The notes under the pieces were generated by a model. The model searched no databases. It saw only the letters and a program-made list of their open reading frames with translations, and was not told the origin of the DNA. Shown here in pieces: positions 50,331 to 60,039 of a DNA stretch of 64,000 bases. A program made the position numbers and the translations under genes. The first letter of the stretch is position 1, and each line of letters begins with the position of its first letter. Location of the stretch: positions 32,001 to 96,000 of the IMG/VR virus record IMGVR_UViG_3300014204_007089. One strand, 5' to 3'. The stretch is from a virus (lineage: Duplodnaviria > Caudoviricetes).

Positions 50331-51872
50331 TTATAACAAATCTAATAAAAATTTTGTATATTTTCTAAATTTTTTATTACAAAAATTATATATATCTGTT
50401 ATTTTAACTGAAGATTCAAAATTTATATCTTTTAATATATAAACAAACATTATTTCTGTTTCTGAAATGTTATTATCTTTTGGATTAATACCAAATTCTT
50501 TTTCATAATATTCACAAGCGTTCTTAAAATCTTCAACAGGATTTTTTTTATATTCTTGAATTTTAATATTTTTAATATTTTTTAAATTTATAACTTCTTG
50601 ATTGATTTTAAAATCTTCTTTAAGAACCTCTGGAATATATCCCAATTGTCTTTGTATAGAATTTATAAATTTTTGTATATTATCTTTTCCCTTTGTTATA
50701 ATTTCTTTATTACTATTTTTAAGATTATTAACTTTATTTATCAGATTTTTATTATCTGTTTTAATATTAATATCAGTATTAAAACAGATTGGGGGATTTA
50801 ACATATTATACAATGGTAAAATAGTTACATTATTCTTTTTATAATTAAAAATATCATTATCAATTACCCATTCAATAGTTTTAATTAAACCATCTCTTAA
50901 TGATGTATTTGCTTTAAATCCTAAAACTTCCTGTGCACGTGATACATCAAGACGTCTAATAGGTTGTCCATTCATATCAATTTTACCATTAAAAACTATT
51001 TTACCAGAATAATTTACAAGTTCTGCTATTAATTCAGCCAAATCTTTTATTGAAATATCAACGCCAGTTCCAAGATTAACCGGATCATTATAATCTACTT
51101 CTTCAACTACAGCTTTACAAATAGCTTCTGCACAATCTTTTGCATAAAAAAATTCTCTGGTAGGAGTTCCATCTCCCCATATTTCTACTTCTGATAAGTT
51201 ATTATTCTTTGAATCAAGAAATTTACGAATTAACGCTGGAATTACATGACCATTTCTATAATCAAAATTATCATAATTACCATACATATTTACTGGTAAA
51301 AAATGCATTCCTTTAAGACCAAATTGATCTCTAAAACATTGTTGCATTAATAGCATTACTCTCTTACTTTCACCATATCCGGCATTTGTAGGTTCTTCAA
51401 ATCCATTCCACAAATCAGTTTCTTTAAATGGAACTGGACAAATTTCCGGATATTCACAAATAGAACCAACTCCATATAAATGAGTAATTGGACGTTCACA
51501 ATTTATTTGTTTAATAGTATTATTTTGCCAAGTATTAATAGTTCTAATACCCTCAAATAAATTAATAGTCATCTTTAAATTTTCATGAATAAAAATAGCT
51601 GGATTATCTTTATTAGCTCCAATACCACCACAAAGAGCAGCCATATGTAAAATAATATTTGGACGATGTTGTTGTAAATATTTTAAAACACTTTCATAAC
51701 TTAATAAGTTTAATTCTTTAGATGATGGTGTTAATAATTTAAATCTTGGTTCTTTTAAATATGCAATATGCTTTGATAAAGGATTAACCTCTCTTGCATA
51801 TTTTTTTAATAAAGGAACAACATGATGACCTAAAAATGATGAACCACCAGTTACTAATATTATCTTTGACAT
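50331..51872 (-). CDS. fcl: GDP-L-fucose synthase with ~175-aa C-terminal extension
   Basis: HMAALCGGIGAN, GSICEYP, EPTNAGYG.SK, HVIPALIRKF, IWGDGTPTREF. Confidence 0.85.
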   Translation of the reverse strand: MSKIILVTGGSSFLGHHVVPLLKKYAREVNPLSKHIAYLKEPRFKLLTPSSKELNLLSYESVLKYLQQHRPNIILHMAALCGGIGANKDNPAIFIHENLKMTINLFEGIRTINTWQNNTIKQINCERPITHLYGVGSICEYPEICPVPFKETDLWNGFEEPTNAGYGESKRVMLLMQQCFRDQFGLKGMHFLPVNMYGNYDNFDYRNGHVIPALIRKFLDSKNNNLSEVEIWGDGTPTREFFYAKDCAEAICKAVVEEVDYNDPVNLGTGVDISIKDLAELIAELVNYSGKIVFNGKIDMNGQPIRRLDVSRAQEVLGFKANTSLRDGLIKTIEWVIDNDIFNYKKNNVTILPLYNMLNPPICFNTDINIKTDNKNLINKVNNLKNSNKEIITKGKDNIQKFINSIQRQLGYIPEVLKEDFKINQEVINLKNIKNIKIQEYKKNPVEDFKNACEYYEKEFGINPKDNNISETEIMFVYILKDINFESSVKITDIYNFCNKKFRKYTKFLLDLL

Positions 51873-51903
51873 ATTTTACCTTTTTATTTATTAAATTTAA
51901 TAT

Positions 51904-52893
51904 TTATAAATTATTTAATAATAGTTTTTCTTTATAAGCTAATTTTAAATCATTATCAACCATTTCTTCAACTAATTGTTTAAATGTATATTTTGGTTTC
52001 CATCCAAGAATTGTACGAATTTTTGTAGAGTCTCCACATAAAGCATCTACTTCAGTTGGTCTAATATATCTAGAATCAAATTCAATATATTTATTATAAT
52101 CTAAATTTAATATATCAAAAACAATCTCTAAAAACTCTTTAACAGAATGCATTTCTCCAGAAGCTACTACCCAATCATCTGCCTTAGGAGAATTAACCAT
52201 CATCCACAATGCGTTAGACACATCCTTAGCATGATTCCAATCTCGTTTAGAATCTAGATTACCAAGAATTAATTTATCTTGTAATCCTATTTTTATTCTA
52301 GCTGCTGCTCTGGTAATTTTTCTTGTAACAAAAGTTTCTCCCCTACGCATACTTTCGTGGTTAAAACTGATTGAATTTGCTGCAAAAAGTTTTTCTGATT
52401 CTCTATAATTAATAACTGACCAATAACCAGCTATTTTTGCAGCTCCATATGGAGATCTTGGATGAAATGGTGTTGTTTCGCTTTGTGGAGGTGGAGAATT
52501 CCCAAACAATTCAGAAGTTGATGCTTGTACAAATTTTGTATGAGAACTAAAATTACATAAAGCTTCTAAACATCTAACAACACCAGTTGCACCAATATCC
52601 ATTGTATATTCTGGAATATCAAAACTTACACGCACATGTGACATTGCAGCCATATTATAAAATTCATCTGGTTGAACTAAACGAACCCAATTGGCTATAG
52701 ATCCGTAATCAGATAAATCACCAAAAGATAAATGCAAGTCATTATAGATATGATTTATTCTCTCAGTATTAAAAGAACTACTACGTCTAATTAAACCATG
52801 TACTTCATAACCCTTCTCTAATAAAATATCAGCTAAATATGAACCAGTTTGTCCAGTAATTCCTGTTATACACGCTCTCTTCATTAAAACCAC
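51904..52893 (-). CDS. gmd: GDP-mannose 4,6-dehydratase
   Basis: ITGITGQTGSYLA, SHVRVSF, QASTSELFG, PRSPYGAAK, FNHES.RRGETFVTRKI. Confidence 0.95.
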   Translation of the reverse strand: MVLMKRACITGITGQTGSYLADILLEKGYEVHGLIRRSSSFNTERINHIYNDLHLSFGDLSDYGSIANWVRLVQPDEFYNMAAMSHVRVSFDIPEYTMDIGATGVVRCLEALCNFSSHTKFVQASTSELFGNSPPPQSETTPFHPRSPYGAAKIAGYWSVINYRESEKLFAANSISFNHESMRRGETFVTRKITRAAARIKIGLQDKLILGNLDSKRDWNHAKDVSNALWMMVNSPKADDWVVASGEMHSVKEFLEIVFDILNLDYNKYIEFDSRYIRPTEVDALCGDSTKIRTILGWKPKYTFKQLVEEMVDNDLKLAYKEKLLLNNL

Positions 52894-52971
52894 ACTTTCA
52901 TTATTTAATAAATCCTAATCAAATAATATATCACCCTTGAAAATGATTTTGTGAAATTTTAATAAAATATA

Positions 52972-53605
52972 TTATTTCGTAAATATATAATTATATTGTA
53001 ATTTTTGATTTAGTTTATAACCAATAGATTTCATATATTCAGTGTAAGTTGGAGTGTGAATCCAATTTTCAAGTAAAATAACTTTTGGAGTATATTTGCT
53101 TACATCAAATCCTTTCATCACTTCTAATTCCCAACCTTCTGTATCCACACTAAGAAAATCTACATGATCAATATTTAATTCAGATAATATTGTATTTAAT
53201 GTTCTTACTTTAACTTTAATATTTTTAATAGGTAATAAATTTATAGAAACTTGACCATGTTTAAGATAAGTGTCTTTTATAGTTAAAGATGAATAACTAT
53301 GATCTGTAATTGTATTATTATTATAATCATCAGAAAAATGTACAACTTGAAAATCAACATCATCTTTATTTTCAAATGAACAAGCATATTGATGAATTTC
53401 ATTTCCACAATCCAAATGCATTTGGACATATTTCGGATTAGGATCAATACAGATACAACGCCACCCAGATTCTCTAAAGTGTACTAATGAAATCTGGAGT
53501 TGCTGCACCAACCTCTACCATAACACCTTTAAAAGAAAAGTCAGAAAAATAATTTTCTCTAATTACTTTATCAGTTTCAAATTCAGCATAATATTTATTT
53601 ACCAT
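52972..53605 (-). pseudogene. FkbM-family methyltransferase, frameshifted near 53482
   Basis: 5' part MVNKYYAEFETDKVIRENYF...MVEVGAATPDFIS (ATG 53605) joins HFRESGWRCICIDPNP...LSVDTEGWELEVM in another frame. Confidence 0.75.
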
Positions 53606-53614
53606 AAAATCCTT

Positions 53615-54865
53615 TTATATAATTTCAATTTCTGGGAAAGGAAAAATAAACTTTCCACCATTTTCAATAAATTCTTTTTCTCGTTTTAATATTCCATCCT
53701 TAAAATGCCAAGGAAGTACAAGAAAAAAATCTGGTTTCATATCACGAGCTTCTTGTTCAGATATAATTGGAATATTGCTACCTGGAGTAAATCTGCCAAA
53801 TTTATAATTATTTACATCTGCAATAAAAGGAATTTCTGCACTTGTAAAACCACAAAATTGTAATAACACATTTCCTTTTGTAGATGCTCCATATCCAAAT
53901 ACTTTTTTACCAGAATTTACTAAAGATGTAATTAATTGTTTTAAATCATACTTATGTTTAAATACCCTTTCTTCAAAATCACGATATGGTCTAGGAGTAT
54001 TTAAACCCATTTTATTTTCCTGGAATAAAAGCCAATTAATAATTGGTGAATTTGGAATAAAATTTGATTTAGTTTTTGCTGCTGTAACTGCAAAACTACC
54101 ACCATTTATACCATTCATATTAACATCTATAATTTTCATATCAGCACATTCTAATATATATTTAATTACAGATAATGAATAATATTCAACATGTTCATGA
54201 CAAATAGTGTCATAAGATGTTGTTCTCAACATAGATGGCATATAACTTTGTTCAAAATGCCATATTCCATCATCATCTAATATAGAATAAATATCACGAA
54301 CAAATTTTATTGGATCTTCTAAATCATAAAACATAGCAATAGATGTAATTATTTTAATTTTTTTATTAGTTATATTTTCAATAATTTCTTTTGAAAAGAA
54401 ATTACTTATTAATATGATATCATCAGGATAATATTCTTTGAATTTAATTGCTGTAGGATCTACTCCAATTCTTTCAATTCCTTTTACATTATATGATTTT
54501 AATAATGTTCCATCATTAGACCCAATATCTAAAACTACATCACCACTATTTAAACCTATATTCTTTTGTAAAAATAAAACTTTATTTTTTAAATGATTTA
54601 CCATTGAATAATTTAATCCAGATCGATATCCGTAATTATCACCATACATTTCATCTGGATTAAAAGAATGTTTCATTTGAACAAGTCCACTATCAGGGCA
54701 CCATACTAATTCTAAAGGAACTGATGATATGTTTTCATCTTTACTCTTAGGAAATACACCAGTTAAACATTGATGTCCTAAATTAAGTATACTTATTAAA
54801 TTATTACTATTATTTAACCTACATTTATTAATTTCTTTATAATTATTTTTATACATAAACACCAA
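53615..54865 (-). CDS. NDP-hexose C-methyltransferase
   Basis: N-terminal Zn-binding-like region, VLDIGSNDG, YDTICHEH..YY, GYGASTKGNVLL, LVLPWHF. Confidence 0.88.
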   Translation of the reverse strand: MVFMYKNNYKEINKCRLNNSNNLISILNLGHQCLTGVFPKSKDENISSVPLELVWCPDSGLVQMKHSFNPDEMYGDNYGYRSGLNYSMVNHLKNKVLFLQKNIGLNSGDVVLDIGSNDGTLLKSYNVKGIERIGVDPTAIKFKEYYPDDIILISNFFSKEIIENITNKKIKIITSIAMFYDLEDPIKFVRDIYSILDDDGIWHFEQSYMPSMLRTTSYDTICHEHVEYYSLSVIKYILECADMKIIDVNMNGINGGSFAVTAAKTKSNFIPNSPIINWLLFQENKMGLNTPRPYRDFEERVFKHKYDLKQLITSLVNSGKKVFGYGASTKGNVLLQFCGFTSAEIPFIADVNNYKFGRFTPGSNIPIISEQEARDMKPDFFLVLPWHFKDGILKREKEFIENGGKFIFPFPEIEII

Positions 54866-54909
54866 TATTGTATAATATTCAACTTAGTATATATCAAAGA
54901 ATTCCTAGA

Positions 54910-56205
54910 GTGAACTACCCCTACCTAAAGGAAGGGGCTTCCTATCGGTTGACTTACGTCAACCAGCAAGGCTTTGAATTCGGGCTGTTCCATCCCGAAT
55001 TTTAATATATTAATCGCAGCATTGATATCTCTATCATGACATGCTCCGCAGGAGCATGTCCATTCTCTATCATTTAATTGTAATTCTTTATTAACTTTTC
55101 CACATATTGAACAGGTCTTAGAACTGGGTTCAAATCTTCCGATTTGAACCAATTTCTTTCCATAGAATTCTGCTTTATATTTGATATAATTTACAAAAGT
55201 TGACCATGAACAATCTGCAATATATCTAGATAATATGGTAGGAGATTTTTCAAGTAGATCTTTTACACTAAGATTTTCCATAATTATAACGTGGTTTTTG
55301 TTTATAATTTTTAGACTTTCCTTATGTAAGAAATCAGATCTAACATTACTAATCTTTTCATGTTCTCTAGATAATAGTAACTTTATCTTCTTATAATTAT
55401 TTGATCCTTTAGTTTTCAAAGACAATTGTCTTTGAAGTTTTTGTATCTTCCTTAAATGTTTATTATATGTTTTAGGATTAGCAATTTTTTCTTTATCAGA
55501 AAAAACTGCAAAATCTTTAATTCCCAAATCTATTCCTATAATATTAGGTCCAAATATAAATTCAGGATTGGGTATATTGTTTTCTACTAAAATAGAAATA
55601 TAATATTTTTCAGTTGTTGTTTTAGTTAAAGTGCAAGTTTTAATTGTACCTTCAAAACTTCTATGAAGTTTTGCTTTAGTCCACTTAAGATAAGGAAGAA
55701 ATATTTTTCCTTTGGAAAAATCAATTCTTACTCCTTGTGGAAAAGAGCATGTTTGTTTATTATATCTAGATTTGAATTTAGGAAAACCTGCTCCATGTTT
55801 GAAGAAATTAATATAAGCAGTATCTTGATGTCTCAAACTTTGTTGCAAAGTTTGAGATGGAACTTCTTTTAGGAAAGGATTTTCTTCTTTCAAAGAGAGA
55901 AGAAAATCAGAAGCCAAATCATTATAATATATAGATTTCTTTTCAGAATTGTATAGATTTTTACGATATTCTAGGGCATGATTATACACAAATCTGCAAG
56001 AACCGAAAGTTCTTGCAAGAATATCTTCTTGTATTTTTGAAGGGTATAATCTATATTTATAAGTTTTTTGCATAACTAAAATCTTAATTAAGTATATATC
56101 GAATAATCATCTAGTTTAAAGGAAAAGCAATGGATATAGAAAAATAAAAGTGCAATGGTCCAATTCATCCCCTGCCTAAAGGCAGGGGTCTTCTTGTCCA
56201 TAATG
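54910..56205 (-). mobile_element. IS200/IS605-family element carrying tnpB only (element 1)
   Basis: Target/TAM TTTAT (56206-56210); left-end hairpin CCCCTGCCTTTAGGCAGGGG; right end CCCCTTCCTTTAGGTAGGGGTAGTTCAC; no tnpA. Confidence 0.88.
54925..56073 (-). CDS. tnpB: TnpB RNA-guided endonuclease
   Basis: YKYRLYP HTH; RuvC GIDLG, IMENL and DRDINAA all intact; CSICG/CSCG zinc finger. Confidence 0.95.
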   Translation of the reverse strand: MQKTYKYRLYPSKIQEDILARTFGSCRFVYNHALEYRKNLYNSEKKSIYYNDLASDFLLSLKEENPFLKEVPSQTLQQSLRHQDTAYINFFKHGAGFPKFKSRYNKQTCSFPQGVRIDFSKGKIFLPYLKWTKAKLHRSFEGTIKTCTLTKTTTEKYYISILVENNIPNPEFIFGPNIIGIDLGIKDFAVFSDKEKIANPKTYNKHLRKIQKLQRQLSLKTKGSNNYKKIKLLLSREHEKISNVRSDFLHKESLKIINKNHVIIMENLSVKDLLEKSPTILSRYIADCSWSTFVNYIKYKAEFYGKKLVQIGRFEPSSKTCSICGKVNKELQLNDREWTCSCGACHDRDINAAINILKFGMEQPEFKALLVDVSQPIGSPFL

Positions 56206-56236
56206 ATAAAAATACTTACATTTAAGTTAAATCTTT

Positions 56237-56923
56237 TTATTTTTCATAAAATAATGCATTATATAATTTATAATCTTCAATATTTGTTAAATAAATAAAT
56301 TCCTTTAATTCATCACTATATTCATATTCATTTTCTTTATAAGAAACATTACACATTGGGATAAGATTAATATCAACATTTAAAAAATCACTTAATTTAT
56401 AATAAAAATTATAAATATTTTCTATACACCCTACTAAAAAATAATTTTTCTTTATATTTTCAAAAGCATCTTCCCAAAGAATTTTATCACAATTAAAACT
56501 TAACATTTTTGTTTGTAAATTTGATATTTCATAATTATTTATATGATATAAATATTTAGCAAATTCAAGATATGTTAATTTATAGTGATTAATATAATTA
56601 TACAAATAATGATTTTTATCTCTTTTTACATAATTATAAAAGGAAATAAATCTATTAAACGGATGCCTCATTATTGAAATATGTACTATATTTTTATCAT
56701 GATTAAAAAATGGATTTAAACCATAATTAAAATGTCCCCCTGAAGCCACATAATTAGATATATCTTTATCTTCAAATGATTCTTTATATACATGTAAATA
56801 TTTTTCATTTAATGCATTTGTAATCCATGTATTAAAAGATGTTCCGCCACATTTGGGAATATGTGTAAATATTAAAAATTGTTCTTCAAAATTAAATTTA
56901 TACATTTTTTTTAAAAAAATCAT
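56237..56923 (-). CDS. Sulfotransferase family protein
   Basis: PAPS-binding motifs FTHIPKCGGTS and MRHPFNRFISFY; C-terminal N..DY.LY. Confidence 0.8.
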   Translation of the reverse strand: MIFLKKMYKFNFEEQFLIFTHIPKCGGTSFNTWITNALNEKYLHVYKESFEDKDISNYVASGGHFNYGLNPFFNHDKNIVHISIMRHPFNRFISFYNYVKRDKNHYLYNYINHYKLTYLEFAKYLYHINNYEISNLQTKMLSFNCDKILWEDAFENIKKNYFLVGCIENIYNFYYKLSDFLNVDINLIPMCNVSYKENEYEYSDELKEFIYLTNIEDYKLYNALFYEK

Positions 56924-57617
56924 AAGTTGTATTAGATTGTTTTATTTTATTTTTTATATTTTTACTAACAGTATATTTAGATAAAGCAGATGGCAAATAT
57001 TGAATAATATCTGATGGATCTATACCCAAAAATTCACCACATAATATATCTTTCATATCCCATGTTCGTAAATTAGATATGTGTAAATGATAACATTTAA
57101 TTAAAAATGAAGGATTAATTGGTAAATAACCGCTTTTAAAAAATTGATAAGATATTCTAGAATCACATCCTGCAACACCCATACAAAAATCTACATCTTC
57201 AACTATAATAGGTGTTTTTAATATCCATGTATCATAACACGCTGAAATTTTTTCATGAAACCAGTTGTCATTATTTGATAATGTATGCCATCTAGATAAA
57301 CAATATGCATAATCTTTTTCAAAAGTTACACACTCTAAAGTATCATCAAAATAAATATCTGCATTTGAAATAATAACAATTTCATTATACATAATATGTT
57401 CATTTGCATAATCTATTAAATTTCTAAAAGTTGGTTTAGTATTAATATTTACAAAATTAACCTTATCATATTCTGTTATATTTTTAATACCAATATCTTC
57501 AGATAAAATATTAATTGATTTTATAAATTTATTATTACTATTATTTTTTAAACAAGAATAATATTCTTCATTTCGGTTTTCGGAATTAGATTTAAAAAAA
57601 GTTGTTATTAAATGCAT
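56898..57617 (-). CDS. Glycosyltransferase-like protein (GT-A, DxD-like)
   Basis: ISNADIYFD, CLSRW, DTW, G..GCD, HLH motifs seen in phage/giant-virus glycan-cluster proteins. Confidence 0.55.
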   Translation of the reverse strand: MHLITTFFKSNSENRNEEYYSCLKNNSNNKFIKSINILSEDIGIKNITEYDKVNFVNINTKPTFRNLIDYANEHIMYNEIVIISNADIYFDDTLECVTFEKDYAYCLSRWHTLSNNDNWFHEKISACYDTWILKTPIIVEDVDFCMGVAGCDSRISYQFFKSGYLPINPSFLIKCYHLHISNLRTWDMKDILCGEFLGIDPSDIIQYLPSALSKYTVSKNIKNKIKQSNTTYDFFKKNV

Positions 57618-57625
57618 TTAAATCC

Positions 57626-59341
57626 TTATATTTTATTTAATTCTTTATCTATAATTTCATAAACATCTTTTATATAAATAGTGTCAGACCCAATAATTTT
57701 AGCATTATATTTCATAGGAATTTTTTTTATCCAACTATATGTCATAATTTCATTCTTTAAAAAAATTATAAATTTACAATTTCTTTGATAATTATCAATA
57801 GTTATTGAAAAAGAATAAGGACCAGAACCTCTTCCAATTATAACTTCAGAATTTAATGATAAATAACTGTTTTCATTTAAATCTGAACCTTTAATATTTA
57901 TAATATCTTCTGTAAAAAACAAATTATCTCGCCTGATAATATCATTTTTTTTACTAGAAATTAAAAATATAAAATCTTTATATTTATTAGTAATACAATT
58001 AATTATAGGACTGAAATTAAATTCAAAAGCTTGTTCAGAATGAACATCACCATTTGATATAAATATTTTTTTCTTACCATGATAATTATTTAATAATAGA
58101 TTAACATTATCTATATCACATTTTTTATAATCTATTTTGGGAAAAAAATCCCAAATATTATAATTAGTTATATCTATATTAAAATATTTTAATATAATCT
58201 CTTTAAAATATTCATATAAACAATCAAAATTAGCTTTATATATATTAAAAATATTTAAATTTGTAGAAAACCATGTATTTATATATAATACATTATTTCT
58301 AATATGTGTTGGACTATTTGGTTTAAGATAATTTACATTTATTTTATTACATTTGATATTAATATCTTTTAATAAAGACAGATCATTGTTATGTAAATAT
58401 TCACATTCATAACCTAATCCCATAATAAATTTTACAAAAGATCTGCTAACATGAATATCTCCATTATGCCAAAAATTAAAGAAAACTATTTTATTAAATT
58501 TGTAAATAAAATTATCCTCTTCATTTACATCAATAATTTCTTGTTCTATTGGAAATATAATATTTTTTTTATCTTCACATGTTATTAAAATTTTCTTTAG
58601 AAAAATCTTTCCTTTTGTAGATATTGGTCTTTTAATAATAATGCTATAAGATTCCTGATCTGATGTTATTGAAATATCAGTTGTATATGATTTTAATACA
58701 GCTGATGCTATATTTGTTTTATATTGTTTGTCATTTAATAATCCAAATATAAACTTCCCATTTCCATCAATTCTATATAAATCAACCGTAATAAAATATA
58801 TCTTATCTTTATCTAATTTTGGTATCTCTATTGTATAATTACTAGTATTACCAATAATTACACCATTATCACAAATCTTAGCTCCATTTTTACAATCGAA
58901 TTCACTAAATCCAAATATTTCAGAATTATAAATAACATTTGTATTTTGTAAATTATCAATTATTGATTTTTTTAATTCAATATCATTGTATAATAAAATT
59001 TCATCAACAAGATATATTTTACCCTTATTTTTTGCTAATGGTTTAATAGTAATTAAACCATCTACACCAATAGATAATGATATACTTTGATTTTCTAAAT
59101 TAATTTTAAAATCTTTACATATACCATTAGATGAAATATTTACAATATCATTAATATAATCTTGTTTAAATTTTAAAACACACCTGTTAGCTTTTATATT
59201 TTTAAAATTTAAACACAAATTACTAACATTAGAATTCAATACCAAACCATCTCTTGTAAAAGAAATATTTTGTATAGAAAATACATAATCTTTAAATTCT
59301 AATGGTAATATCTTTTTTAATAAAAAATTTGCCATACACAC
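57626..59341 (-). CDS. Putative glycosyltransferase (GT-B-like C-terminal domain) with beta-rich N-terminal domains
   Basis: HNGDIHVSR and SEVIIGRGSGP resemble GT9/GT-B motifs; cluster context. Confidence 0.45.
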   Translation of the reverse strand: MCMANFLLKKILPLEFKDYVFSIQNISFTRDGLVLNSNVSNLCLNFKNIKANRCVLKFKQDYINDIVNISSNGICKDFKINLENQSISLSIGVDGLITIKPLAKNKGKIYLVDEILLYNDIELKKSIIDNLQNTNVIYNSEIFGFSEFDCKNGAKICDNGVIIGNTSNYTIEIPKLDKDKIYFITVDLYRIDGNGKFIFGLLNDKQYKTNIASAVLKSYTTDISITSDQESYSIIIKRPISTKGKIFLKKILITCEDKKNIIFPIEQEIIDVNEEDNFIYKFNKIVFFNFWHNGDIHVSRSFVKFIMGLGYECEYLHNNDLSLLKDINIKCNKINVNYLKPNSPTHIRNNVLYINTWFSTNLNIFNIYKANFDCLYEYFKEIILKYFNIDITNYNIWDFFPKIDYKKCDIDNVNLLLNNYHGKKKIFISNGDVHSEQAFEFNFSPIINCITNKYKDFIFLISSKKNDIIRRDNLFFTEDIINIKGSDLNENSYLSLNSEVIIGRGSGPYSFSITIDNYQRNCKFIIFLKNEIMTYSWIKKIPMKYNAKIIGSDTIYIKDVYEIIDKELNKI

Positions 59342-60039
59342 CTATAAAATAAATGAAATAATATTATTAATTCTCTCATCAAACCCACTTTTAATATTTA
59401 AATGAAACCCATTTTTCTTTACCATTCTCAACTGAAAATTCTTCATGAGTTTCCCCAAACCATTTTTCTTTCTTTGGAATATCATTAGTAGAAAAATAAG
59501 CATTGTTAAAACTAATAAAATCAAATTTATATCCAATATTAAGCCCTAGTACATAATCTATAATAGTTTTCAAACCAAGGTGGTTATATTCTATACATAG
59601 AACAGTTGGAAGCATGTTAGATTTAGACATTCCATCTAATACTTTAATTTCAAAACCTTCAACATCTAAACAAAAAAGATCAACTTTATTAATATTATAT
59701 TTATTAAATATGAAGTTTAAATCAGTATAACTAATTGTTTTAACTTCATATTCTTTAAATGATATAATTGGATGATAATTTAATTCATCTAAATGTTCTG
59801 CTGTATGTTTAAAAGATCCATTACCAGAACACTCACCTGTAGGTGTGATAACATCTTTAAACATTAAAGTCTCTGTTTTATCAGATAATCCCATGTTTAA
59901 ATTTATACTCTTTGGTCTATTTCTTATTAATCCTTGATAATATTTACTAGATGGCTCAAAATTAATACCTTTCCATCCCATAAATTCTTCAAAGAATTTA
60001 CAACAGCTAATACTAACTCCATCAACAGCTCCTGCTTCT

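Noticed and set aside
28787-59536. Same-strand nested ORFs 28787..28996, 36953..37198 and 59342..59536
   Set aside because: Out-of-frame overlaps of longer genes, with no independent support
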